Source: Neophaeotheca triangularis (lineage: Eukaryota). Taken from it: a DNA stretch of 64,000 nt. Positions 11,513 to 23,306 of this stretch are shown one piece after another. How positions within the stretch are numbered: position 1 is the stretch's first letter; each line of letters opens with the position of its first letter. The translations under genes and the position numbers were made by a program. The stretch is taken from contig BAAIJX010000004.1 of NCBI GenBank assembly GCA_054600435.1, forward strand, positions 310,001 to 374,000, read 5' to 3'. The notes below the pieces were generated by a model. That model was not told the DNA's origin, did not search any database, and saw only the letters and a program-made list of their open reading frames with translations.

Positions 11513-12469
11513 CGAGATGAAGCTGTAGCGCGTATGTAGCGAAGAGAGAGGCACTTGAGGATCCCGAGGTGAGTTAGGGAAGAAAACCGTGCTTCTCTGA
11601 TACGGTAATGTGGAAGAATTGCCTCTCTGGATACATTCAGCGAGGTTCAGAAATCGAAATGCGGATGTAGCGAAGAGAAGGCTCACCGAGTAACGATGGT
11701 CAAGTGAATAGTGAAAAGAGAGGTTTTGCCAAAGTCGAACAAGTTCCTAGCGACTGTAAACAAAAGGTGACGCCAAGGGGTCGAGCTTCTCTGACACGAA
11801 ACCACGTGGCCTCACCGCACCGTGTTGCCAGGTAGCCAGAGGCGTGAATGACGCCTATACGGCTCTCGCTACGTTTTCTGGGGGCATCGATGTGATTCCG
11901 TGAACCAGGGACAAATTTCGCTGGCCGAGTTTGTCTCAAATTCGCCCAGGAAGGACGATACTAGACCCATCTGTATGTCTCTCTGGTCTTCCCGGCGACA
12001 TTGTACATTGTGTCTTGCTGCTCTCCGAGGGTCTGATTGAACGCCCCAATGCAAGTCTCTTGCTTTGGACCTGCGACAGCCAGTGTTTAAAGCCCAGTGT
12101 ATCCGACCGGGATGGACGTGGTCGATGGCTGTGCCAAGAGATGGCCAGGAAAAGGGTCGGCGCCAGACTCAGGGTTAAGCTTCTGACCTTCCCGGCGCCT
12201 TTGTGCGTCATTGTCTCTGGTTCTGCGAGGCTCTGAATAGCATGCGTAACTGCTGGGCTGATCTCCGTGCATGCGCCAGGTAGGGTTTGCAACGCCCAGT
12301 GTCAGACATCGCCACAGATTTCACGGCTCCCAGCGGACAAATCCCAGCTCTGTTTCGAGTCGACTGGGCCCAGCGGAAGGCGTTGCGGATAAGACGAGAA
12401 TATTTGTGAGGCTCAGTGTGAGGCCTATGTTTCTTTGTTTTTCAACCCCTTCCCTTCCGAAGACATCCT

Positions 12470-14899
12470 TCATCGCTTCTCATCATCCCGCTTGGGCGGA
12501 TCAAGAACCCCACCAGGTCCGCCCTTCCTAACATATCTCAACATGCTATCGCTCAGCCGATCGAAGATAAACTGCGGCTCAGTCCTGCTCTGCATCATGG
12601 GACTATCCTGACCCAACCAATCCCACTCGACATAATCGTCCTCGACATCCACGTCGCCATTCTCATCCACAGCTGTGAACCGAATGAGCTTGGTAACCTT
12701 GACCCATTCCTCGTACGAATACCGCTTATCTGGCTCGTCGACTAAATCGCTCGCGGCTGTTCGTAGGGCGAGTACGAGATTCCGTGCCAGCTCTTCCTGG
12801 GATAACTCTTCCGTGGCGAGCTCATCGATAGTTTGAGGGGCTCGATCGGACGAAGACTCGGCACCTGCTTCGATGCGGGCGTCTGCGGCCTTTTTCGCCT
12901 TGCTGTCCTGGAGGTAGCTTTGCAGCCAGTCGATCTTTTCGATGATACGGTGGAAGCCCCCGACCTTGGGCAAGAGGGTGATGTCGGCAAGGGAGTTGGA
13001 GCCGGTCTTGAACTTCGCGATGAGCGTGTCGCCCAAGTCGCCGATGAGGATTGTCATTGTAGGAACGGCGAGAAGACTCCAGACGACGAAGAAAGGGCGG
13101 CCTATGTTCGTTTGAGGTGCCAGGTCGCCGTAACCGATGGTAAGTAGTGACACACTGTTGCTCGTGTTAGCTTCTGGGCCTGAAAAGATGCACAACGCTG
13201 TGGGAGACTTGCTAGGCAAAGTAAAGAGCTTGAAAGTACGTCAAGTCTTGAGAGTCCGTTTCTACGATCCAGAAGACGACGGCGCCGAGACACCACAGTA
13301 CGGCAAAAGTTGTGATCGAGATCGACAAAGCATACCAGCTCTTGAAACTCTGGGTGCCGGCTTGTAGTTCTCGCATTTTGTTGAAACGGTCCTTCTCATT
13401 ACGCAGTAAAATGAGCTTTGGGGTATTGGTCGTCTTTGTGGGATTTGTGACGAGTTTTGTAGCTTTCGTTAACAAATTACCTGACGGATCTTGTTCCTTT
13501 TCTCGTGGGGCGTGTATCCGCCTGCCATCAGCCGAGGGATCGAAGGGAGCTGAGATGTCTGGTCTCTCGTCCTCCTGGACACCCCCTTTCCGGCGCAACT
13601 CCATGGAAGTAGCTACAGTCCGGCCGATTGTCCTGACTCTGCTCCGCTCGATGTGATTACCTACGATCTTCTCGGATCCCAACTCGGAGGCGAATTGCGT
13701 GATAGAGGCAACAACAAGACCCAGCATGATGAAACCACCAACTGACCATGGGAATAGCAAGCCGCGACTGACGTCGCTTGTACACACTAGGTCACCAAAG
13801 CCGACCGTAAGTATGGTGACGTCTGCAAAGTATAGCGCATTCGCAAAATTCCACGGCTGCGTCCCATCACCGTAGCGTGTCTCCACAGCATTGAACACCG
13901 CGGCTCCTCCGGCCATCCAAGCGAAAAAGAGCATTGTTTGGAGAATGAGGGTGCGCTGGGATTCTGTGAGAGTGAAGTAGTCGGGATAGTGACCGAGAAA
14001 GTAGCCCAGCATGTTGACCTATTGCAAAGCTCGTCGTTAGCGTGATGAGAGGCATGGGGTGAACCTTCAGTGACATTGGGCCGGACGAGGAATAGAAAGT
14101 GAGTTATTGGGAATCGTCGGATTAAGGCAGGGATGTGCGCTTCAAGAGTGAGGACATCGAGCGAGACGGGGTTTTCCTCCAACAGTACCGCCAGTGTATG
14201 GATGATACGTACCATGAGAATCATAGAACATATCAAATACATGATAGCAGCTAAAACCGCATACCAAAACCCTTGCGTATAGGTTTGCTGTGGCCGGGTC
14301 GGTGGAGCATGAATCTCCATGGCCGCGGTGATTGCAATCAGAAACCCTGTGGCCAGGTACCAGAGAATGATGGTAGCCGGCAGAGCAATAGTATATCGGA
14401 TGCGGTTCGTGAAATTGCAGAGCAAAAAGAAGTTCCCCACAAACCCGAGGACGAGACTCGCGATGTTGAGTCCATAGCACCACTCGGGGTCGCCGAAGGT
14501 CCTGCCCTCGAGGTCACCAGTCAAGTCATCGCGGTCGCCGCTCCAGAGGCATTCTCGTGCGTTGCCATCGCCTTGGACAACGCACATACGCCAGGGGGTG
14601 ACGAGAGCGGCGATGGAGAGGACGTTGGCGAGGGGCCCGAGAGTGGCGGCTAGGAGAGGGATGCCGGTCGACGCAAACCACCAGTCGGGCTCCATTTCGG
14701 GATCCCATTCTTGCGGTTTGATGGACCAGTTGTGTTTGCGCTTTTTCTTTGCTTCTTGTCGTTTGGAGTAGGAGTTTGAAGTGCCGGTATGTCGGCGGGT
14801 CTGGAACCAGGTATGCGGGGTTGAGTTGCCCCCTGAGTCCCCGGGTGGATCGATGGCGACGGTGTTTCTGTCGTACGTAGAGTTGCCGTCTGAAGACAT
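12470..14899 (-). CDS. TOK1: TOK1-like outward-rectifier two-pore K+ channel; exons 14899-14213, 14018-13213, 13154-12470
   Basis: Two pore loops, ALYFADVTILTVGFGD and ALYFAY|VSLLTIGYGD; N-terminal WWFASTGIPLLAATLGPLANVLSIAAL; GT-AG intron 14019-14212 and GC-AG intron 13155-13212. Confidence 0.92.
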
Positions 14900-15505
14900 G
14901 ACTGGAAGGGGTCGATTGAAAGTGTGGTCAAGGGGGTAAATGGATTCAAGGAGATGACAGGAGGGTGGCGTTATTGGGTGCTGGTCTCGGTTCGAATTGA
15001 CATCCCAGCGGTTCTTACCATTACCGTTTGATTTATTGTGTTGTGTTGTGAGAAAGTATTAAGAGGCAGCGTGATATCAAAAGCAAAGCAGGAGTTGCAT
15101 CCCGGAAGGGAAAAAGCAAGGACGAGGAGATGGCCATGTTTCGAAGACGACGGGACGCCATACTAGCATGGCAGACGTACCTAGCCTAGGTACGTTTGAC
15201 TTCCCGCCCAAGCAGGGCTTAGGAGGTTCCAGCCCGTCCCGTCCGTGTGCGTGTGCCCGTCCAGTCTTTCTTTCTTAAAGTGCCAAGCTTGCCCGGACGT
15301 TGGCACGTGTGTACTTCATTGCTGGATCTACATGATGAAGACAACCTACATCGTGTGCTGACCAAAAAAACAGAAAAGATACAGGAAAAGGGACCCTCGA
15401 AGCAAAAGCATGGGAAGATATAAAGCTTCAATCTCCAGCAATCACCACCACGCTGTCATGCCACCAGGACACGTGCGCAAGCTACATTTAAACAAAGTAC
15501 ATAAT

Positions 15506-16762
15506 TCAGCGACCCCCCGTCACATCCCTGCTCTTGTCATGCTCGTCACGCAAAGCTTCCCACAACACTTGACCCTGATCTTCGGGCAATCGAGGAGCAT
15601 ACGCCTTGAGCAAACCCTTGGCAATATCGCCATGAGTCTCCTTGAGCTGTAGTAACGCGCGCAACGCACTTTCAGCACTGACAAGGCTCTGATAGTCCAG
15701 GTGCAAACCCCTCGCGCCTGGATCCCTTGGATTAGCAGCCACCCAAGCATTCTGCACCAATCCGACCCCCGCAACAGCCAGTAGATACCAGTTGTCATAT
15801 CGCAGCCCAGACATGGTCAACAACAAGACGATCCAACAAGCTGCGAGAAAGCCAGTAGCAATGCGAGTCCAAGGCCAGGCCATTTGTGTTTGTATCTGGC
15901 CTCTGCGGTTGATGACTACGCTTTTGTAGCTCTCGCCTCGCGCCAGGTCTTCAAGATCAAGGCCGACGCCTTCGCCTCGCACGACCACGATGGACGTCGC
16001 TTCTTCAAGCGCTCCTCTGACTATTGCGACGCTCTTTTTAGTGTTGTTCGGTGCTTTCCACTTCTCGGCGCCGAATTGCGGAAGAGTGCCGGTGGCGAAC
16101 GCGAGAACAGTGCCTGCCCCCGTGATCATCAGAATGGACCAGCGACCACTCAAGGCACACGGAATCGATGCTATTCCCAGCTGGACAATTGCTATGACGA
16201 GCCCAGAGTACCACAGGAGGTCGTGCCTCGTAGTGCCAGGCGGATGTAGCCTTGAAGCAGTGTAGATGGCTATAGTCAGAGGATGATCCGGTAGAGAGAT
16301 TTCAGATAAATCCTGTTCCCCCTTCTCACTATCGTCTCCTAGCAGGACTTTCTTCGAGCAAATCTCGGCCTGCTTTGCCTCTTCCTCCTTGACCTCGTTG
16401 GGCTTCCAGTAGTCGGCGTCCTTCAACGCCTTCTGCAGTAACCAGCTACGGTTCACTCGCATTCTCCCCGTGCCACAGTCAACGACATAATCAGGCTCGT
16501 CTAGCTGCGGTGGCGACAGTAACGCCTGAAAGGCTATTGCGTTTGTAAAGGCTTTGTGCGCATATCCTACCCAGCCGAAGGAGAATACGACGGGCGTGAT
16601 AGTCGGACCCGAGAGATTGTCGAGCGCAGCGCCTACGATATCTCCGGCCACGATCATCAATACAGAGACGACTTGGCTTGGGTTCGCCCATGTGTCTCGG
16701 AGGCTCTCGGCGGTATCGGCCGCGCCGCTTGCGACTGAGCGCAGGTCAAGAAGAGGCGCCAT
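15506..16762 (-). CDS. Conserved fungal multi-pass membrane protein of unknown function
   Basis: Motifs NPSQVVSVLMIVAGDIV..AL, TPVVFSFGWVGYA, NRSWLL, LPQFGAEKW, GLDLEDLA, WYLLAVAGVGLVQN; likely start MAPLL at 16762. Confidence 0.75.
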   Translation of the reverse strand: MAPLLDLRSVASGAADTAESLRDTWANPSQVVSVLMIVAGDIVGAALDNLSGPTITPVVFSFGWVGYAHKAFTNAIAFQALLSPPQLDEPDYVVDCGTGRMRVNRSWLLQKALKDADYWKPNEVKEEEAKQAEICSKKVLLGDDSEKGEQDLSEISLPDHPLTIAIYTASRLHPPGTTRHDLLWYSGLVIAIVQLGIASIPCALSGRWSILMITGAGTVLAFATGTLPQFGAEKWKAPNNTKKSVAIVRGALEEATSIVVVRGEGVGLDLEDLARGESYKSVVINRRGQIQTQMAWPWTRIATGFLAACWIVLLLTMSGLRYDNWYLLAVAGVGLVQNAWVAANPRDPGARGLHLDYQSLVSAESALRALLQLKETHGDIAKGLLKAYAPRLPEDQGQVLWEALRDEHDKSRDVTGGR

Positions 16763-17331
16763 GTTCCAGCAGTCAGATAGACTGGATAAGAGATGATCAC
16801 GGCGCAAGACTCGAATGATTGCTGAGAGGCATAGTTTTGGGAGAGTGTGTTGAGAACGCCGAAGTCGTTCGGGGTGCTCATGTACCGTCATGCGTCAGCG
16901 TGACATTCGAGACAGCGAAAGCCTCCATTCTAGTGAACCAATGCATTGTCTATCGTTCCTCGAGACTGGTCAATTGAATTGTAAATATTGTGTGGTGTAG
17001 CCAATTGGTACTGTAAGAGGTAGATGCGGCAAGCTTCGGGGGTGCCCGGAAGATGCCGCAGTCAAGTGGCCGTCATCGAGGCTCCGTCCAGGTTGACGAG
17101 CGAGCTCGACTTTTTGATTGCAACCCGACAGCTTCACCACCCTTGTGCAACGTCGATACCAAACGACATAGCCGGACGGCACCCCGTATTATTCGCTCGC
17201 TATTTCGATTCCTTGACAATACGGTCACCTGACGACCAAAAATACGCCAATTTCGCAAGGGATGAGCACTCTCAGCGCTGCACCAGTGCCTTTACCATAG
17301 ACCACTACCTAGCATTGCCACATCTTGTGGC

Positions 17332-20300
17332 ATGCTAGAGCGCGCGACGGCATGTCTCGACTCCGGAGCCCGTCTGTCAATGAGATGTGCCTCGAAGCGG
17401 GCGGCCGGAAGCAAGCGCATGCTCCACGCAAACTTCTGGACTCACGGAGCTGGCGACCTCGAGATACCACCATGGTTAGCAACGACAGCGCAGCCGCCGC
17501 CGCCAGACTTGCCCTTGGGTCACGACAGCAATGGTAGTGGCTCCCTGGATGTAAGCCAGGGGTTAGAGCCGCGGCAGGAGGCTCCGTTTCTGGACTTTCT
17601 CTACCCGCCTCATGCTCTGGCTTGGGCGCACAGTGTCAATGGGCAGTCGAAAGAGAGGTGGAAGAAGAGGAAAGCTCGGAGGCTCTCAGAGGGGTTGGTA
17701 CACAATACGCGGCAATATGGGTCCATGTCTACTTCTCGAAATTCTTCAAGAGTGCCGGAGCAAAAAGAAACACAAAAGGCGGGAGATGATAATGGCTTTC
17801 CTATTCAGTATGAGGCTGGCTCTCCAGACTCGCGATTTAGTGGGCCTGAACAAGCGCATAGAAGGTCCGATGAAGGGAAAGAAGCCCAAGTTTTACTAGA
17901 GAATGATCTTGAGCCAGGCGACGCGGCAGTCGACAATCCGCCTGATAAGGTCTCATCATCTACTGGAGACGGCGATAGCCAGCTTCTGGAGTTCGGCGAC
18001 TCACCAGCAGACCTCGCCGTACATTCACCCGATAGGTTCCTGAGACTTCGGAATTTACTCAACCGAAAGCTTCCCGCAGACGACCTCCAGTTGCACGCCG
18101 ATGAAGCTGCGAGAGCGTGGGAGCTATACGAAAGCCTGGATGAAGACACTCGTCAGCGCCCAAGCATCATGAGCGACTTGCTTCAGTGGCTGTCGAAGAA
18201 TCGTAGTGATGCTGCTGCGACACACACTGCTTGGCTGTACCGACAAATACCGAGAGATGAGAAGACGTTGTCCGTATACCTTGCTACGCTGAAGAGCTTC
18301 CTACGCCGAGGAAACTATGTTCTGGCAGTTAAGCTGCATAAAGAGGCTTTGAAGAACGCAGAGTGCGGGCCGGAGATTTCAGAGGTGTTTTTCAGTCGCA
18401 TGGTGGAAACAGAGCAATGGAGACTGGCCATGCACGTACAGCAGTACCACGACTCCGTCTACAGCTACGATGGCGGAAACAAGGACAAAATCGCAGACTG
18501 CGTTTGGGATCTCCTCAAAACTATGCCACAACTGCTTGTAAAAGCTCAATCTTTGGCCGTGTACGTGAGGAGTCTACAGAGCGCCCGCGCCTTCGACGAC
18601 AGGTCGCGGAAATTCTGCGTCCGCTTCTTCAGAGAGACGATGCAACATGGTGTGCTCAAGCTGACTACCGCGAACATCAAAGCCATGGCAGCACACAACG
18701 GACTTCCGCGCAAGTGCTACAGGACTTTCATTCACTTTGTCGTCCAACACGACGAGAACAGCCGCCAATTGCTTGAGGAGACGTTGATGCACATGTTGAC
18801 AAAGTATCCGACTGAGATCTATCCGCACCTGCACCACATCGTGGTCTACACGTACAAGAAATACTGTACGATGGGAGGACTGCCAAGTCGGAACATTGCG
18901 ATGAGTTTCCTGGAGCGACTTACGAGATATCCCAAGAAGTTGATCGACTCCAAAAACAATCTCACGATTGAGTCGCTCGTGAAGGATTGGAAAACTCGCT
19001 TCGGCACACTCAGCGTCGATGCGGCATCTCTGATACTTTGGTACTACGCGCGCGAGGGAGAGGTCGGGAGAGTCAAGAACTACCTGGAGCAGTTGCAGTC
19101 ACTCAGACCTAATTGGGCCGAGTATAGCAGAGGTCTTTCGGCTACCATCTATGTGCACGCCCGGAGGGCGGACGTTGGGAAGGCGAACGCCGCATTTGAA
19201 CACGTCCGCCAGGTCACATTGGCCAACGGGCAAACAGTTGATCCGCGGTGCTGGAACATACTAATTCACGCGTACTCCCGAGCAGATAATCTAGAAGGCG
19301 CCCTCGAAGTTTTAGGCCAGATGCTCGCGTCAAATACGAAGCCTGACGAGTACTCGTTCCATCCAGTGCTGCAGATGTATGCTCAGCGTGGCGACGCGGA
19401 AGCTATAGAGGAGCTGCTGAGGCAATACGACGAAACCGTCCAGAACAAGCGGACGACCGCACTACTTGCAAGTCTCATCAACGCTTACGCCAATACTGGC
19501 GAGGTGGAGCGAGCCGAGATTATAATGCAAGACACGTTGAAAGGCGTAAGAAGTGGACAAATCACCGGCAGTATGACAGGCCCCTTCAACATTGTTCTGA
19601 CTGCTCATTCTTTGGGGCGGTCAATCAACGAAATGATGCGTCTGTACAACTCGATGAGGTTTGAAGGCATACACTTGAATAAGTACACCTACGCGGCGTT
19701 GATGCGATCCTTGTGCTTTTATCGAAGAACAGATTCGGCCTGGAAAATTCTCCGTCTAGTGATGCCAAAAGAGAACCAGGTTCCCGATGCTTTTCACTAC
19801 GCCCTTGTCATGGCAGGCTATACCAATCAAGGAGAATATGCAAAGGCACTGGACGTCCACAGGCACCTGGTTGAAGTCCGGGTCAAGCCTAGCTTCAGCA
19901 CGAAGATGGCATACATCAAAGCCAAAGCCCTCGCCGAGCACGTTGAGGCCAGGAAGTACGACAATGCACTGGCTGTGCCTAATCCGCTTGACAACACCAT
20001 CAAGGAGCTGATAGACATGCTCCCGTCCTCCACCGGTGCGGACTTTGCGATGAAGCAACCACAGATCGGTAAAGACCGTTCAGACGTTGACTCCAACGTA
20101 CCTGGCGCCTATTTCGACTTTCTCGTCTTCATTCACGGCAAATTACGTTGTTTTGAGTCGGTCGAGAAGCTATTCAATTTGTATCGATCTGCCGCTGGGG
20201 AGGAAGCCGCGATTCCACTGCGACTTCTCACCGCTTTGATGTCCTCTTACTGGCGGGCTCACGATTTTGAGGAAGTTGATAGGCTCTGGAACCTTGCAAA

Positions 20301-21045
20301 GGCTCAAGCCAACGTGCTAGCGCAGACGGCTCCCGTGCCAAATCTAGGCGTCCTAGCCGAAGACGAGGCCGAGCAGGAAGACCCGCTCTCCATCGAGCCT
20401 CCTGAGAAAGAGATCAGCCAACCAGCAACACAACAAGAACAACCAACCGAGCGATCAACGTCCACCTACGCCCTAACCCCCACGGCACCTGCCCGCAAAT
20501 TCCTCCTCTCCCACCCCCTCCGCTACCAAATGGCCTCCCTAGCCCTGCAATCCCGACTCCCCGACCTCATCAAAACCGTTACCAACCTGCTGTCCCACGG
20601 CTACACCCTCGACAACCGCACCTGGAACGCCTTCATCGAGCACCTCTGCCGCAGCTCCCCGCCCCTAACTCTCCTAGCTTTCACCCTCACCGAGCGCTTC
20701 CTCATCCCAGACTGGCCGGGCTGGCGGCGCCGCAAACGCAACTCGACCCTCGCTTTCCCCCCCAAACACATTAAGAGGATCGAGGGCTTGGAACATATTC
20801 GTGCTTCGTATTTGCGGCCGGGCCAGCTGTTGCCGCAGTATCGGACGCTGGTGATGTTGGGGAGCGCGCTGTTGGGATTGAGGCATAGTGAGACTGTAGG
20901 CAGTAGCGGGGTGCAGAAGGAGCTGTTGGAGCATGTGGGCACTATGCGCTTAGTGCGGGAGAAGGCCCCCAAGACGCTGTATGTGGTGCAGAGTATGCCG
21001 ACAGTGGATGATCAGATCCAGAGGCGGTTGTTGAGGCGGGGGTGA
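17332..21045 (+). CDS. Mitochondrial pentatricopeptide-repeat protein, CYA5/PET309-like (COX1 expression factor)
   Basis: 1237 aa; N-terminal MLERA..CL and FWTHGAGDL, FLDFLYP; PPR repeats such as CWNILIHAYSRADNLEGALEVLGQM...KPDEYSF and YTYAALMRSLC. Confidence 0.85.
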   Translation: MLERATACLDSGARLSMRCASKRAAGSKRMLHANFWTHGAGDLEIPPWLATTAQPPPPDLPLGHDSNGSGSLDVSQGLEPRQEAPFLDFLYPPHALAWAHSVNGQSKERWKKRKARRLSEGLVHNTRQYGSMSTSRNSSRVPEQKETQKAGDDNGFPIQYEAGSPDSRFSGPEQAHRRSDEGKEAQVLLENDLEPGDAAVDNPPDKVSSSTGDGDSQLLEFGDSPADLAVHSPDRFLRLRNLLNRKLPADDLQLHADEAARAWELYESLDEDTRQRPSIMSDLLQWLSKNRSDAAATHTAWLYRQIPRDEKTLSVYLATLKSFLRRGNYVLAVKLHKEALKNAECGPEISEVFFSRMVETEQWRLAMHVQQYHDSVYSYDGGNKDKIADCVWDLLKTMPQLLVKAQSLAVYVRSLQSARAFDDRSRKFCVRFFRETMQHGVLKLTTANIKAMAAHNGLPRKCYRTFIHFVVQHDENSRQLLEETLMHMLTKYPTEIYPHLHHIVVYTYKKYCTMGGLPSRNIAMSFLERLTRYPKKLIDSKNNLTIESLVKDWKTRFGTLSVDAASLILWYYAREGEVGRVKNYLEQLQSLRPNWAEYSRGLSATIYVHARRADVGKANAAFEHVRQVTLANGQTVDPRCWNILIHAYSRADNLEGALEVLGQMLASNTKPDEYSFHPVLQMYAQRGDAEAIEELLRQYDETVQNKRTTALLASLINAYANTGEVERAEIIMQDTLKGVRSGQITGSMTGPFNIVLTAHSLGRSINEMMRLYNSMRFEGIHLNKYTYAALMRSLCFYRRTDSAWKILRLVMPKENQVPDAFHYALVMAGYTNQGEYAKALDVHRHLVEVRVKPSFSTKMAYIKAKALAEHVEARKYDNALAVPNPLDNTIKELIDMLPSSTGADFAMKQPQIGKDRSDVDSNVPGAYFDFLVFIHGKLRCFESVEKLFNLYRSAAGEEAAIPLRLLTALMSSYWRAHDFEEVDRLWNLAKAQANVLAQTAPVPNLGVLAEDEAEQEDPLSIEPPEKEISQPATQQEQPTERSTSTYALTPTAPARKFLLSHPLRYQMASLALQSRLPDLIKTVTNLLSHGYTLDNRTWNAFIEHLCRSSPPLTLLAFTLTERFLIPDWPGWRRRKRNSTLAFPPKHIKRIEGLEHIRASYLRPGQLLPQYRTLVMLGSALLGLRHSETVGSSGVQKELLEHVGTMRLVREKAPKTLYVVQSMPTVDDQIQRRLLRRG

Positions 21046-21624
21046 GAGGCGGGAGTGTTGTACTTTTATGTGTTGTAAAGAACTTTGTATAGACCTGTTC
21101 CTAGTTTGTTATCCGATTGCATCTCGCAATTCAGTATTCTGGACGTTTATGGTGTTCTTTGGGATCGAGGCATCGGAAGTTCCATCTCCGCCATCGTGCA
21201 GCTCGTAGGAGTGGCCACATAAACTCCTGCGTATGAGACTGAGCAAGGCAAACCGCTATGAGTGTGTGAGTTGGTAGCCTGAGATTGAGGCAGCGTGAGT
21301 AGCATCTACAGACCTTCGCTGCAAACACATGGACAAAAGCACCTGTTTTCGTTCAATAGGGGCGAGAAATGTGCCACTGAAAAGAAGGCTTCCATTGTTC
21401 TTCTTTCCACTGCAGGCTGCTAGCAGAACTACCAAGGACTAGAAGAGGAAAGTGCGGCAGTTAGACTTACCGCTAGGTCAGCGTCGTGATACTAGACCAC
21501 CCGCTTCATGGCGTAAGTATACTAGAGCGGACGACATCTAGCTCGCTACTCGTACAAAACCCTGAAAACCTACACATCCCCTGCCCCAACACCAAGAACC
21601 CAACTCGCTTAATCGCTTAATCGC

Positions 21625-22674
21625 TCACTTCCGCCTCTCAGGCCCAAAAAACTCGCCAAAGACCTCCCTCAGCACGTCCTCCTCCAAATCCATATGGCCG
21701 CCCGGCGCCGTCCTAAAAACCAGCCCTCCCTTCTCATCCAACCTCCTCAAACCCAGCCAATCCTCGAGATACAACCTCCTCTCCCTCAACCCCCAAACCC
21801 TACCATCCCTCAAATCCACATCAGCAAACCAGCCGCTCTCCTTGGGCAAAACCGTCGTATCGTCCTCAAAAACAAACATGACAAACGCCTCGAGCGCAGC
21901 CATCCGGTCCGCATAAGTAACATTCTTCACAACCCGCTCATTATTCACATCCGCCAAAAAGCCCGAATGCCGCAAATACCCCTCGACCGGCCGCGAAGTC
22001 GTCGAGTTCAGCTCGCGGTAGTATTGCGCCGGCACGACCTTGCCCTGCACCGTGTCGGTCCACGCATTTCCCTTGACCAGCGCCGTGGCAGCCTTGCAGA
22101 CCAAATCCCAAGTCCCGCAAGTCTGGAACTCGTTGATGCCCGAGTGCTGCGAGCCGAACGTCACCAGCGAGCGCACTTCCAGCCCGTCGCAGCGCTGCGC
22201 CAGACCGCGCAAAAACTGCCCGCCCTGGCTGAAGCCCAGAGCGTCGGCGCGGATCACGCGCTGCCCCGCGGCGTTGTGGTGGGTCGAGGCTGCGTTTTGC
22301 AGCTCGCTGGAATTGTGGATCTGCGCGCAGACGTCTGTGAGCTGCGTCGTCAGGTTTCCGAAGAAGCTGTCGGTGCGGTCGGTGGCGCCGTCGTCGGCGA
22401 CGCGGATGTAGTGGATTGGCGTGCCCGGGTGTACTGAGGCCGCGAGGGAGCCGATGGAGTGGAGGCCTTCGGCGTCGAAACGGTCGCCTAGACCATGCCA
22501 GATTAGGAGGGGGAGAGGGGGGCTCGAGGAGGAGGAGAGGTGGGAGGCGGGTTGCTCTCGTTGGGGCTGTGGTTGTGGTTCTAGTTGTTGGAGGGGCGCT
22601 TGCGCTTGGGGGATCGTGAGTGCTGTCGTCAGCGCGAGGAGGCTTAAGGAGATGGGAAGGGCGAGGAGGCGCAT
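21625..22674 (-). CDS. PPT1: Palmitoyl-protein thioesterase 1 (secretory/vacuolar)
   Basis: Signal peptide MRLLALPISLSLLALTTA; LLIWHGLGD, nucleophile GFSQGGQFLRG, VVPAQYYR, FEDDTTVLPKES, GGHM. Confidence 0.9.
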   Translation of the reverse strand: MRLLALPISLSLLALTTALTIPQAQAPLQQLEPQPQPQREQPASHLSSSSSPPLPLLIWHGLGDRFDAEGLHSIGSLAASVHPGTPIHYIRVADDGATDRTDSFFGNLTTQLTDVCAQIHNSSELQNAASTHHNAAGQRVIRADALGFSQGGQFLRGLAQRCDGLEVRSLVTFGSQHSGINEFQTCGTWDLVCKAATALVKGNAWTDTVQGKVVPAQYYRELNSTTSRPVEGYLRHSGFLADVNNERVVKNVTYADRMAALEAFVMFVFEDDTTVLPKESGWFADVDLRDGRVWGLRERRLYLEDWLGLRRLDEKGGLVFRTAPGGHMDLEEDVLREVFGEFFGPERRK

Positions 22675-23306
22675 TGTGATTGATTTGTGTCGGTCACTGA
22701 TGGGTGTTGTACCAAGGCAAGCCCTTCTAGTAATATGTTGAGGCAGTCGGGTTCCCATCTCGCCTCACAGCGCATGCCGTCTGACGATGACCTCGAGATC
22801 TCGTTTGCCCCGCTAGCTCCGATGCTAGCGCGCGGCAAGATGTAACCGAGTCTAGAGTGGGGCGAGGCCGAACGCGGGGCAGTGTTACACATGACATCAC
22901 CTGTCAACAAAATTCCCAGACGATGGGGTTGATTAATCGCTTTTCCTTCTATCTTACTCTACTACATCACCCTCAAAAGAAATCCTTCTTCTTATTCTTC
23001 TTCTTCGAGTGGGAAATATTGCCTCGCGACATGGCGATCAGCAACAAAACAAAGCAGACCAAATACCAGCAAAACAGACTCTCCTCCCCGAAAACGATGC
23101 GACGACAGTGCACTCGTGCGCACGCGAGAAACACCGCAGGAGTAACTCCATGAACGCCGCGCACAAATGCTGTACATCGAAGGGTACTGTGGCCGTGATC
23201 GAGCAACGCTTGCGCTACGTGTGGATTTATGACAAAGAAAAGACGACGTGGTCGATGGGACGGCTCGTAATAGGCCAAGCGTGGGCAGGCAGGGGCTAGA
23301 CTGCGC

